Positions 23,511-32,000 of a DNA stretch of 32,000 nucleotides are shown in pieces. The DNA comes from Vibrio vulnificus CMCP6. Lineage in GTDB: Bacteria > Pseudomonadota > Gammaproteobacteria > Enterobacterales > Vibrionaceae. The number at the start of each line of letters is the position of its first letter. Position 1 is the stretch's first letter. Made by a program: the position numbers and the translations under genes. Where the stretch lies: NCBI RefSeq assembly GCF_000039765.1, contig NC_004460.2, positions 1,680,001 through 1,712,000 on the forward strand, given 5' to 3'. Below the pieces are notes generated by a model. That model searched no databases, was not told the origin of the DNA, and was given only the letters and a program-made list of their open reading frames with translations.

Positions 23511-24071
23511 ATGAAAAAAACACTCACAACATTGGCGCTGGTTCTTGCTTCAAGTTCGGTATGGGCAGAGCAGCAATGCTTAGACAGCTTGACCCCAACG
23601 GCATCGAATGCCCGTTTTAGTTACTCAGAGCTCGGCACCGTAACCGACAAGCAGACGGGTTTAACCTGGATGCGTTGTGCCGTTGGCCAGCAGTGGAATC
23701 AAGATCAAGATCGCTGTGAAGGCGAGGCCCAGTTAGAGAACTGGCAAAGTGCGTTGCAAACGGCGCAAGCGGTCGATGACGAAAACGCCAACCACGCCTT
23801 GTTCAATTTTGCTGGTAAGCGTGGCTGGCGAATGGCCAACATTAAAGAGTTAGTCTCTTTAACGGAGGCTGCGTGCCATTCCCCATCTTTGAATGCTCGC
23901 GCTTGGGGTTCAGCGTACGCAGTAGAGCTGGGTAACTTGGCGGCGTATATCTGGAGCAACACACCATCCACGCAGGGCGCGTCAGCACTGAGTTTTGACA
24001 GTGCCAATGGCGAAGTGTATCACCACGCACAAACTCAGGGCCTGAGTGTCTTGTTGGTGACTGAGCAATAA
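23511..24071 (+). CDS. Small secreted DUF1566-domain protein
   Basis: True start is the ATG at 23511 (MKKTLTTLALVLASSSVWA-EQ signal; AAGGGA 7 nt upstream; 1 nt after the preceding stop). GLTWMRCAVGQQW ... GWRMANIKELVSL ... YIWSNT is DUF1566-like. The track start at 23352 lies inside the upstream gene. Confidence 0.8.
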   Translation: MKKTLTTLALVLASSSVWAEQQCLDSLTPTASNARFSYSELGTVTDKQTGLTWMRCAVGQQWNQDQDRCEGEAQLENWQSALQTAQAVDDENANHALFNFAGKRGWRMANIKELVSLTEAACHSPSLNARAWGSAYAVELGNLAAYIWSNTPSTQGASALSFDSANGEVYHHAQTQGLSVLLVTEQ

Positions 24072-24100
24072 CTAACAGCTATCTAAGTTTACTTGCATTA

Positions 24101-24133
24101 AAAAGCGCATCGAAGTTCGATGCGCTTTTGTTT
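24101..24133. terminator. Bidirectional rho-independent terminator between convergent genes
   Basis: aaaa-gcgcatcga-agt-tcgatgcgc-ttttgttt: a 9-bp stem flanked by an A-run and a T-run. It serves the plus-strand cluster and the minus-strand MCP. Confidence 0.8.
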
Positions 24134-24175
24134 ATCGTCAAGCCAAGAGTGACGTTGTTATAAGTATATGTATGA

Positions 24176-26074
24176 TTAAAGCTTGAATTGTGAAACGAGC
24201 TGATGCAACTGTTTGGAATAGTTTGACAATTGTTTGGCCTGTTCGGTGGCGGTGACGGCAGCCTGTGCGAGTTCATTGGAGACGTCATTCACCGCTTGAG
24301 TATTGCGGGTGATTTCTTCGGTCACCAACGATTGTTCTTCCGCGGCGGTAGCAATTTGCGTCGACATATCATTAATGCATTGCACGCTCGTCATGATTTT
24401 TTCCAAGCTTTGATAAGCGGTTTCTGCATCAGACACCGATTGCTGCGCATTGGCATGGCTTGCCGTCATGGTATTAACGACTTTATGCGTGGCCGATTGC
24501 AATGTCTCAATGGTTTTTTGAATCTCGCTGGTGGACGTATGCGTACGCTGGCTGAGGATGCGGACTTCGTCTGCCACAACGGCAAATCCTCGTCCTTGCT
24601 CACCCGCACGAGCGGCTTCAATGGCGGCATTCAGTGCCAACAAGTTAGTTTGTTCAGCAATCTCTGAAATGACAGAGAGAATATTACTGATGCTATGCAC
24701 GTGGTGCTCTAGCTCTTGAAGCTCGGCGGCAGAGCGTTCCACATCGGAAGCTAATGCCAGGATCGACTGTTGACTGCGCTGTACTTCGCTGACCCCTTGG
24801 CGAGAGACATCGACTGTGGCTTCGCCTTCTTTTGAGGTGTTTTCAGCATTTAGGGCAATTTCGTGCGTGGCCGTTGACATCTCAGTCACGGCGGTCGCGA
24901 CCATATTAATTTCATCTTGTTGTGTCGCAATACGCTGGCTGCGGTGTTGTGCTTGTTGCGCCGCATCTTGCGCTTGGTGATTGAGCTGCTGAGAAAGCGT
25001 GACGATTTGGCTCACCATGTTGTGCATGTTTTTGACAAAGGTATTGAAGTTTTGAGCAAGCTGACCAACTTCATCTTTGGAGCTGATTTGGATCTCATGC
25101 GTCAAATCACCTTCACCTTGTGCTATTGCTTTCAACGCGTGCGAGACTTGGTAGAAATCTTTCAGTAGATAATTGATGAAGAGAGAGATAATGACGATCA
25201 ACACCAAGGTCATTACCACGCCTTCCAATAACAATTTTTGCAACAGCTCCGTATAGCTTTGTTCTTCGGTTTGACGATCCATTTCAATCGCTAAGATCCA
25301 ATCGGTGTGGTTGATTTTGTCAAAATAAATCAACTTTTCTGCGCCATTTCTGTTGAGGCGTTGGATCTCGTTGTTCTCCATGGCTTGGTGGATACCCGCT
25401 AGCGAGATCTCACGTGAATACGCAGAGAAGGGTTGCATCTCTAGTGAGGTCTGAGGATGAGCAACAATGGTGCCTTGTTCGTTGATCAGCATGGCATAGG
25501 CGTTGTCGCCCACCTTGTAGCCAGAAATATTGTCCTGAACGCTCTTAAGAGAAATATCCGCCCCCATAATGGCGATGATCTCTCCACGTACTTTGACTGG
25601 CGTGGCGAGTGTGATCATCGCTTGCTGCGTTTCAGTGCTGATATACGGGGCAGAAACGATACTGCGATTTTCTTGGAGTGCTTGCTGATACCACTCAGCA
25701 TTGCGAGCGTCGTAGTTGGGGTATTTTGCATCCTGACCAGAAAGATAAAGGCTTCCGTCACGAGTGGCGTAATAGACATCCAAATACTTCGCTGACTCTT
25801 TAGCATGGCGCATGGTCTCTTTGGCTTGCGTCAATTGCTCGATATGAGCGGCGGATTCGAGGATCTGAATATTATTCTCTAACCAGTATTGCAAAGCAGG
25901 AGCAGCGGCTTCAGAGACGCTGGTAGCACGGGCGTAGATGCCTGAGCGTGTCTGCTGCCACAAAATGCTGGAGGATTGCCAGATGAAGACACCCGTTATG
26001 GTGAGGACGCAGAGCAAAACAGACAAGATAATTTTGTTTTTCAAAGTGAGCATGGATAGTTTCATGATGGTCAA
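24176..26074 (-). CDS. Methyl-accepting chemotaxis protein with a periplasmic dCache-type sensor
   Basis: N-terminal TM, then a sensor of about 250 aa ([15 protein letters not shown] ... WYQQA ... [21 protein letters not shown] ... MGADISL), a second TM, HAMP, and the signalling hairpin [32 protein letters not shown]. The track start is a TTG at 26074. An ATG at 26065 (MKLSML) is an alternative and neither has a clear SD. Confidence 0.9.
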   Translation of the reverse strand: MTIMKLSMLTLKNKIILSVLLCVLTITGVFIWQSSSILWQQTRSGIYARATSVSEAAAPALQYWLENNIQILESAAHIEQLTQAKETMRHAKESAKYLDVYYATRDGSLYLSGQDAKYPNYDARNAEWYQQALQENRSIVSAPYISTETQQAMITLATPVKVRGEIIAIMGADISLKSVQDNISGYKVGDNAYAMLINEQGTIVAHPQTSLEMQPFSAYSREISLAGIHQAMENNEIQRLNRNGAEKLIYFDKINHTDWILAIEMDRQTEEQSYTELLQKLLLEGVVMTLVLIVIISLFINYLLKDFYQVSHALKAIAQGEGDLTHEIQISSKDEVGQLAQNFNTFVKNMHNMVSQIVTLSQQLNHQAQDAAQQAQHRSQRIATQQDEINMVATAVTEMSTATHEIALNAENTSKEGEATVDVSRQGVSEVQRSQQSILALASDVERSAAELQELEHHVHSISNILSVISEIAEQTNLLALNAAIEAARAGEQGRGFAVVADEVRILSQRTHTSTSEIQKTIETLQSATHKVVNTMTASHANAQQSVSDAETAYQSLEKIMTSVQCINDMSTQIATAAEEQSLVTEEITRNTQAVNDVSNELAQAAVTATEQAKQLSNYSKQLHQLVSQFKL

Positions 26075-26330
26075 AGACTAGGTCAGTTGGTCGGTATTCT
26101 ATACTGTTAAATTGATTAATGGAATATCATTCTGTTATTTGTTCGTCACCTTTTTCCTTGTAGTGAAAAAGATTAAAGATGAACAGCTTAAGTGGAGAGT
26201 AGAAGAGTGGCCCTGCTTCGCCAATATCATTGGCGTAGACATTTTGTTATCTGACTGATTTTTAAGAAGATAGGCTTTGTATGCCTATGTAAGCGTTGCT
26301 TAAGTTGACTTACACAGTGAGTCGGCGATG

Positions 26331-26358
26331 AAAAAACGCCCTACCAAAAGGCAGGGCG
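26331..26358 (-). terminator. Rho-independent terminator after the second MCP gene
   Basis: Minus strand reads cgccctgcc-tttt-ggtagggcg followed by tttttt, 20 nt after the stop at 26378. Confidence 0.8.
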
Positions 26359-26377
26359 TGTGACTAGTGTGTTGACG

Positions 26378-28021
26378 TTAGACTTTAAAGTATCCTAACT
26401 GTTCTTTTTGATTCTCCGCGAGAGAGGAGAGTTCTTGGCTCGCTGCGGCCGCTTGAGTAATGCCCGTGACATTTTGGCTCACCAGCTCGTAAATGTTGCT
26501 CAAGTTTTGGTTAATATCTTTGGTCACTTGGTTTTGTTCTTCAGACGCGGTGGCCACTTGAGCGCTGATCAAGGTGAGCTCTTCAATTGAGTGGCTAATT
26601 TCACTTAGGCTTTGGCTCACTTCGCCCGCCAGTGTTTGATTGCTCGCCAGTGTTTCAAGGCTAGAGTTCATGCTCTCATTCGCGCGTCCAGATTGCGTTT
26701 GCAGCTCTTCAATAATGGCTTGGATCTCTTTGGTGGAATCCTGCGTTCTTGCGGCGAGCATACGAACTTCGTCAGCGACCACTGCAAAGCCTCGACCACT
26801 TTCTCCCGCGCGAGCCGCCTCAATGGCTGCGTTCAGTGCCAATAGGTTGGTCTGCTCTGAGATGCTTTGAATCACCTCAATCACTTTACCAATTTGCTCA
26901 GACTGAACTTTCAGCGAAGTCACGACACCTGCCGCCTGATTGAGCTGCTCAGCCATCTTATCGTTGGCGCGATTATTTTGTTCAAACATGCTGAGAGTGT
27001 GTTTTGCCAATTGGTTGGCTTGGCTAGAAGCCGTATCCGCTTTGACTGCATTGGCGGTGACATCTGCGGCCGTGGATTCTAACTGGCTAACGGCAGAGGC
27101 GACTTGCTCCACTTCATTTTTTTCTTGATCAGAATTGACGCTTGATTGTGTCATCACAGCGGCGAGCTCTGTTGAGGCCGACGCCACATCCACACTAATA
27201 CGAACCAATGCGTCCACGGTATTACGCAGTTGATGAATCGTGGTATTCACGTCTTGAGCCAACTGTGCGACTTCGTTTTTACCTTCCGCTTGAGCTTCTA
27301 CTAACAGATCGCCTTTAGCGACCGCTTGCATTGTGGTTTGTAGCGAGCGAATCGGTTTTACGATCATATGAGCCAACACCATGCTAATGATGGCTGCGAT
27401 GGCCAAAATACCAAGCATGGCAAAAACAGAGAAAGTCAGCGTAGCGTTGTGTTGATTGCCGTTATCTTTCACGTCTTCAATGGCAATTTGATTGAGTTTT
27501 TGCGAAAGCACATCAATTGCTTTGACCATCTCTTCACCGGCTTTGCGGTAGGCGGTCATCGCAACATCGTACTGTTGTTGAAAATCGGAAGAGAGGTAGC
27601 TTTCACCGTGCTTTACCTTGAGCAAAGGCAACATCACATCGCGTGAGTAATCGACATAGTGGTTAAGTGCTTTGCGCATCTGTTCCACTTCATTTTTCAG
27701 ACCCGGTACGGTTTCAATCGCGTTGAGCAGTGAACGGATCTCGTTTTGCTTGTCGGATAACACGGGGATCAGTGTGGTCAGATCGTCTGGGCGGAATAGG
27801 CTGTAAATCGCCTTGATACGCATGCCGTACATGTTATCGACAATTTCACCTAGCTCACCTTTGTGAACGATGAGTTGTTCGGTGGAAACGGTTACACGCT
27901 CAAAAGCATGTTTTAAGTTGCTTGCGCCAAGGGTGACTCCCCCGAGCAACAAAACGATAGTAAAAGCAACAGGAACCAACACCTGCGCTTTTATCGAAAG
28001 TGTGTTTAAAAAACGACGCAT
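26378..28021 (-). CDS. Methyl-accepting chemotaxis protein with a helical-bundle-type periplasmic sensor
   Basis: 547 aa with two TMs flanking a helical region of about 170 aa, HAMP ([13 protein letters not shown]), and the signalling hairpin [35 protein letters not shown] at 28021 with AGAGGG upstream. Confidence 0.9.
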   Translation of the reverse strand: MRRFLNTLSIKAQVLVPVAFTIVLLLGGVTLGASNLKHAFERVTVSTEQLIVHKGELGEIVDNMYGMRIKAIYSLFRPDDLTTLIPVLSDKQNEIRSLLNAIETVPGLKNEVEQMRKALNHYVDYSRDVMLPLLKVKHGESYLSSDFQQQYDVAMTAYRKAGEEMVKAIDVLSQKLNQIAIEDVKDNGNQHNATLTFSVFAMLGILAIAAIISMVLAHMIVKPIRSLQTTMQAVAKGDLLVEAQAEGKNEVAQLAQDVNTTIHQLRNTVDALVRISVDVASASTELAAVMTQSSVNSDQEKNEVEQVASAVSQLESTAADVTANAVKADTASSQANQLAKHTLSMFEQNNRANDKMAEQLNQAAGVVTSLKVQSEQIGKVIEVIQSISEQTNLLALNAAIEAARAGESGRGFAVVADEVRMLAARTQDSTKEIQAIIEELQTQSGRANESMNSSLETLASNQTLAGEVSQSLSEISHSIEELTLISAQVATASEEQNQVTKDINQNLSNIYELVSQNVTGITQAAAASQELSSLAENQKEQLGYFKV

Positions 28022-28370
28022 TAAAAACGACCCTCTGTGAACAAATAATTAATGAGAATGAATATTATTGTTTTATTTTTATTAGTGGATGATTGTAACC
28101 ATTCGCCCGCTGTATTCAATGACTTATTTAGTTACAAATGTCACTAGTAGTTTGTGGTCACTCTCAAAATTGGCGGGTAAATAGCAATTATCAGAGAGTG
28201 CTCACAATGTGCGTAAAGCACGATTTTTCATAGAGTAAAATGTCTAGGCTAAAAAATGAGCTTTTCAATAAAACCGCTTTCATAACGGCTTTATTGATAG
28301 ATATGGTGGGGTTACTTCATACGATTTGTTACACATTGATGCTACTCGATTGGTGGATTTATTCGCACAA

Positions 28371-28432
28371 CTGTCAGCAATGTGTCACAGAGGGTTCAAT
28401 TAAGTGAAACACAACTGTCATATTCACATCCT
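28371..28432 (+). promoter_or_regulatory. Phased Pho boxes (PhoB sites) upstream of pstS
   Basis: CTGTCAGCAATGTGTCAC (28371-28388) matches CTGTCATAWAWCTGTCAY at 15 of 18. CTGTCATATTCACATCCT (28415-28432) has a perfect first half-site. A weak GGTTCAATTAAGTGAAAC lies at 28393. The starts are spaced 22 and 44 bp apart, which is 11-bp phasing. Confidence 0.6.
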
Positions 28433-28490
28433 AAAGTGAGCATCGTTCAAGTGAAACACAACGGCAATTTGGCCAATAAAGGATATTGTG

Positions 28491-29312
28491 ATGAAAAAGA
28501 CAGTAATCGGTGCAATCGCTCTTATGAGTGCTCTGACAGTGACAACCGCTTCGGCAAAAGAAACGATCTCTGCAGTGGGTTCAAGCAGCGTAACTCCACT
28601 GATGGAAGTTTTCTCTGAAACATACATGAAGAAAAACCCAGAAGTTTTTATTGAAGTTCAAGGACCAGGTTCATCGGCAGGTGTTAAAGCGGCAAAAAAT
28701 GGCTCTGCAGATCTCGGTATGTCTTCACGTGACCTAAAATCGTCTGAGAAAGAAACCGCTTTGGTTGAAGAAGTGATTGCTCGCGACGGTATCGCAGTGG
28801 TTGTTAACCCAAAGAACACGCTGAAAGGCCTCACTGCTGAGCAAGTTTCTGCCATCTATAAAGGCGAAGTGACGAACTGGAAACAAGTCGGTGGTGAAGA
28901 CAAACCTATCGTTGCAATTACTCGTGATACAGCATCAGGTACACGTGGCGCATTTGAAGACATTCTTAAACTGAAGAAGAAAATCTCGGGTAAAGAAGTG
29001 TCTGCAATCTCTCAACGTGCTCAAGTGGCAAACGGTAACGGTGCACTGAAAACGATGGTTGCTTCAAACCCTTACGCGATTGGTTACATCTCGCTAGGTA
29101 CTGTTGATGAGTCGGTTCACCCGCTAGCTATCGATGGCACGGATGCGTCTATTCCAAACGTGAAAAACGGTTCATACAAAGTCGCTCGTCCATTCCTTGT
29201 TCTTTACAAGCAGGGCAAACCATCTGCTGAAACGCAGAAGTTCCTTGATTGGATGCTGACCCCTGAAGCACAAGCCATTGTAGAGAAGAAAGGCTACATC
29301 TCAGTTAACTAA
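28491..29312 (+). CDS. pstS: Phosphate ABC transporter substrate-binding protein PstS family
   Basis: ATG at 28491; the track GTG at 28488 is one codon upstream. Signal peptide ends TASA-KE. AVGSSSVTPL ... VQGPGSSAGVKAAKNGSADLGMSSR ... TASGTRGAFE are PstS/PBP2 motifs. The gene heads a pstSCAB cluster. Confidence 0.9.
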   Translation: MKKTVIGAIALMSALTVTTASAKETISAVGSSSVTPLMEVFSETYMKKNPEVFIEVQGPGSSAGVKAAKNGSADLGMSSRDLKSSEKETALVEEVIARDGIAVVVNPKNTLKGLTAEQVSAIYKGEVTNWKQVGGEDKPIVAITRDTASGTRGAFEDILKLKKKISGKEVSAISQRAQVANGNGALKTMVASNPYAIGYISLGTVDESVHPLAIDGTDASIPNVKNGSYKVARPFLVLYKQGKPSAETQKFLDWMLTPEAQAIVEKKGYISVN

Positions 29313-29330
29313 GTAATGATTTAAAAGTTT

Positions 29331-29363
29331 GCTCAGCCCAATAAAAAGGGCTGAGCGTTTTCC
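29331..29363 (+). terminator. Intra-operon hairpin (attenuator or partial terminator) between pstS and pstC
   Basis: gctcagccc-aataaaaa-gggctgagc followed by gttttcc: a 9-bp stem and a short U-run. This is the usual position for uncoupling pstS from pstCAB expression levels. Confidence 0.55.
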
Positions 29364-29400
29364 ATTCACTTCGACTTGTTCGAAACGTGAGATTAGATTC

Positions 29401-30333
29401 ATGACCATCGCAACAAATAGTGAAAAGCTTATGAATAATGAAGCTAAAGCTATCGATAAACCTCGTTTACGTACGCAAAAGCGCATTGACTGGCGCGAAC
29501 GTATTTTCCATGGCTTGTTTTTGACCAGTGCGGTTATCGGTATTGTTTCTCTAGCCGTGATTGCCTACTTCATCATCCGAGAAAGTATTCCAGCTTTCCA
29601 AGAAGCGGGCGTCTCAGGCATTGTGTTAGGCCAAGATTGGTTACCACCGGCGCTTTATGGTGTCGCCACCATGATCGTTGCCTCGATGGTATCGACGTTT
29701 GGTGCGGTGCTTGTTGGTGTTCCTGTTGGGGTACTGACGGCGGTTTTCATCGCTGAAATTGCACCTAAACGTGTCGCAGATATCATTCGTCCTGCGGTTG
29801 AACTGCTGGCAGGTATTCCTTCGGTCGTTTACGGTTTCTTTGGCTTGGTGATTATTGTTCCATTGATTCAAAACGTATTTGATGTGCCTGCGGGTAACAC
29901 CATCTTAGCGGGTATCATTGTGCTTGGTGTGATGATCCTACCTACGGTAATCACCGTTTCTGAAACCTCGATTCGCGCGGTGCCGAGAGCTTATAAAGAA
30001 GGCTCACTGGCGTTGGGTGCATCGAAAATCTTTACTATTTTTAAACTGCTCGTTCCTGCGGCACGCAGCGGCATCATGACTGGCGTTATCCTCGGTATTG
30101 GCCGTGCGCTGGGTGAAACCATGGCGATCATCATGGTGATGGGAAATGCTCCTGCCATGCCTGAAGGCTTATTGGATTCAGCTCGTACGCTAACGGCGAA
30201 CATTGCGATTGAAATGTCATACGCCAGTGGTGTTCACGCCAATGCGCTTTACGCAACCGGTGTGGTGCTGTTGGTGTTCATCATGATGTTGAATGCAGCG
30301 CTGCTTTACCTCAACCGAGAAAAAGCGAAGTAA
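29401..30333 (+). CDS. pstC: Phosphate ABC transporter permease PstC
   Basis: The ATG at 29401 lies downstream of the hairpin. The track start at 29329 would read through the hairpin. Multiple TMs are present, and the EAA-type loop is ETSIRAVPRAYKEGSLALGASK. Confidence 0.9.
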   Translation: MTIATNSEKLMNNEAKAIDKPRLRTQKRIDWRERIFHGLFLTSAVIGIVSLAVIAYFIIRESIPAFQEAGVSGIVLGQDWLPPALYGVATMIVASMVSTFGAVLVGVPVGVLTAVFIAEIAPKRVADIIRPAVELLAGIPSVVYGFFGLVIIVPLIQNVFDVPAGNTILAGIIVLGVMILPTVITVSETSIRAVPRAYKEGSLALGASKIFTIFKLLVPAARSGIMTGVILGIGRALGETMAIIMVMGNAPAMPEGLLDSARTLTANIAIEMSYASGVHANALYATGVVLLVFIMMLNAALLYLNREKAK

Positions 30334-30354
30334 TCGCAAGTTAAGGTGATATTT

Positions 30355-31218
30355 ATGGAACGCGCAAAATTAAAACAATCTCGTCAAGTAAAAGACAACA
30401 TTCTGAATGCTCTGGTTTGGGCGGCAGCCGCTCTGACGGTGGGCTTCTTGTTCTGGATTATCTGGTACATCCTCTCTAACGGCTTGCAGCATGTGGATTG
30501 GAACTTCATCTCTGACAATTACACCCGTACAGGTGAAGAGCATGGCATCTTCCCGATGATCATTTCGACCATTTACATGGTTGTGGCATCGATTGCTGTC
30601 GCCGCACCGTTAGGGATCATGACGGCTATCTACTTAACAGAATACGCCAAAGTGGGCAGCCGATTGGTTAAGGTGATTCGCTTTTGTACCGAATCCTTGG
30701 CTGGTATTCCGTCGATTATCTTTGGTCTGTTTGGTATGACCTTCTTTGTCGCCATTCTTGGTCTGGGATTCTCGATTCTCTCGGGCGCCTTAACGCTGAG
30801 TATTCTTATCCTGCCAGTGATCATCAGGACGACGGAAGAGGCGTTGATGGCGGTTCCGCAAACCTACCGCGAAGGTTCATATGGCCTCGGTGCATCAAAA
30901 ATCTATACCATCTGGCGTTTGATTCTGCCGAGTGCAATGCCTGGTATTTTAACCTCGGTGATTTTGAGTATTGGCCGCGTGATTGGTGAATCAGCACCTG
31001 TATTCCTTACTGCTGGTATGGTGGCACGAATTCCAGACTCACTACTGGATTCTGGCCGAACACTGACGGTACACCTTTATAAGTTGACGACAGAGCTGTT
31101 TACCATTGAAGAGTGGAACCAAGCGTACGGCACAGCCACCGTACTGATTGTGGTGGTGCTGTTGATCAACATGGTAACCAAATTAATTGCAAAACGTTTT
31201 AACACAGCGACTTACTAA
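30355..31218 (+). CDS. pstA: Phosphate ABC transporter permease PstA
   Basis: ATG at 30355 with AAGGTGA 5 nt upstream; the track GTG at 30346 sits inside that SD. The loop reads [24 protein letters not shown], and there are six TMs. Confidence 0.9.
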   Translation: MERAKLKQSRQVKDNILNALVWAAAALTVGFLFWIIWYILSNGLQHVDWNFISDNYTRTGEEHGIFPMIISTIYMVVASIAVAAPLGIMTAIYLTEYAKVGSRLVKVIRFCTESLAGIPSIIFGLFGMTFFVAILGLGFSILSGALTLSILILPVIIRTTEEALMAVPQTYREGSYGLGASKIYTIWRLILPSAMPGILTSVILSIGRVIGESAPVFLTAGMVARIPDSLLDSGRTLTVHLYKLTTELFTIEEWNQAYGTATVLIVVVLLINMVTKLIAKRFNTATY

Positions 31219-31276
31219 CGACGAACAACAAAAGACGCTAAAAACGCTCATTGAAAAGAATTTAGAGATTAAGACT

Positions 31277-32000
31277 ATGAACAAATTTGATATCGAAAAC
31301 CTAGACTTGTATTACGGTGAAAACCAAGCGCTGAAAGCGATTAACTTACCGATCCCCGTTCGCCAAGTCACGGCGCTTATCGGCCCATCTGGCTGCGGTA
31401 AATCCACCTTATTGCGTTGTCTGAATCGCATGAATGACCTGATTGAAGGGGTAAAGATTACTGGCAAGTTGGCAATGGACGGCGAAGACATCTATGGCAA
31501 CGTTGATGTGGCGGATCTGCGTATTAAGGTCGGCATGGTGTTCCAAAAGCCAAACCCATTCCCGATGAGCATCTATGAGAACGTGGCGTATGGTTTGCGT
31601 GCACAAGGCATCAAAGACAAAAAACACATTGATGAAGTGGTCGAGCGTTCACTACGTGGCGCGGCGTTATGGGATGAGGTGAAAGATCGCTTGAAATCGC
31701 ATGCTTTTGGTCTTTCTGGTGGTCAACAACAGCGTTTATGTATTGCGCGCACCATTGCGATGGAGCCGGATGTCATCCTAATGGATGAACCGACGTCTGC
31801 GCTTGACCCAATTGCGACGCATAAAATTGAAGAGTTGATGGAAGAGTTGAAGAAGAACTACACCATTGTGATCGTTACGCACTCCATGCAACAGGCGCGT
31901 CGAATTTCCGATCGCACTGCCTTTTTCTTAATGGGTGAGCTGGTGGAGCACAACGATACTCAAGTGATCTTTAGCGAGCCAAGTGATGACCGCACTCGTG
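31277..32000 (+). CDS. pstB: Phosphate ABC transporter ATP-binding protein PstB (3' end beyond the window)
   Basis: Manual translation from the ATG at 31277: [44 protein letters not shown] ... [33 protein letters not shown] ... IVTHSMQQA. No stop occurs before base 32000, so the track does not list it. Confidence 0.95.
   Translation, partial: MNKFDIENLDLYYGENQALKAINLPIPVRQVTALIGPSGCGKSTLLRCLNRMNDLIEGVKITGKLAMDGEDIYGNVDVADLRIKVGMVFQKPNPFPMSIYENVAYGLRAQGIKDKKHIDEVVERSLRGAALWDEVKDRLKSHAFGLSGGQQQRLCIARTIAMEPDVILMDEPTSALDPIATHKIEELMEELKKNYTIVIVTHSMQQARRISDRTAFFLMGELVEHNDTQVIFSEPSDDRTR

Noticed and set aside
26075-26100. CCAACTGAC 9-mer in the MCP leader resembling the conserved core of Qrr sRNAs
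   Set aside because: It has the same sense as the Qrr core rather than being complementary, so it cannot pair as a target. It is far too short to be a qrr gene, and no sigma54 promoter or terminator is nearby.
24560-26880. Nucleotide-level repeat between the two MCP genes (about 24560-24660 versus 26780-26880)
   Set aside because: It is explained by the conserved signalling hairpin ([31 protein letters not shown]) shared by paralogous MCPs. It is not a mobile or structural repeat.
24230-27646. Many 60-145 aa plus-strand ORFs inside the two MCP genes (for example 24230..24667, 26612..26845, 27368..27646)
   Set aside because: These are typical antisense shadow ORFs of Ala/Gln/Glu-rich coiled-coil MCP coding sequence. 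They have no SDs or motifs and are fully contained in well-supported genes.
1-32000. Scan for CRISPR arrays, tRNA/rRNA genes, integron attC/VCR repeats and prophage or defence-island hallmarks
   Set aside because: I saw no regularly spaced direct repeats, no cloverleaf-like or rRNA-like segments, and no integrase, recombinase or restriction-type ORFs. The composition looks uniform by eye. The window reads as conserved chromosomal backbone rather than an accessory island.

Overview
This 32-kb window holds about 28 protein-coding genes. I saw no rRNA, tRNA, CRISPR array or intact insertion sequence. The gene content and order match my memory of Vibrio cholerae chromosome II, roughly VCA0046 to VCA0073. 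That assignment is from recall, not a search.

Gene order: ECF transporter; yiaW/yiaV-like pair; two TPR/GGDEF-type proteins; an IS1-like ORF; a deoD paralogue; a DUF523/DUF1722, MerR, photolyase and L,D-transpeptidase run; lpp; a DEAD-box helicase; ptrB-hutR; a GlyGly-CTERM metalloprotease; two DUF1566 proteins; two MCPs; pstSCAB.

Several ORF-track starts needed correction:
- The ABC ATPase at the left edge is missing from the track.
- deoD, the small DUF1566 gene, pstS, pstC and pstA carry spurious N-terminal extensions.

Most interesting observations:
1. A housekeeping-type deoD paralogue has its stop codon overlapping (TAATG) the start of a 507-aa single-ORF IS1-like protein. That protein has a duplicated zinc ribbon, an InsA-like HTH and an InsB-like core. 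There is no room for transposon ends, so it may be a domesticated transposase. It is followed co-directionally by an overlapping pair of TPR proteins, one with an intact GGEEF cyclase domain and one with a degenerate remnant.
2. Four TGTACA palindromes in two N11-spaced pairs blanket a -35/-10 promoter in front of a tightly coupled operon (DUF523/DUF1722, LitR-like MerR, photolyase, L,D-transpeptidase). This operon converges on lpp.
3. A five-gene run with gaps of 16 nt or less (signal-peptide PtrB, heme receptor HutR, HEXXH/P-domain/GlyGly-CTERM protease, DUF1566 lipoprotein, DUF1566 periplasmic protein) sits behind a promoter with Fur-box-like and CRP-like sites.

All functional links are inferences from sequence reading and recalled family knowledge. 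No searches or computations were run.
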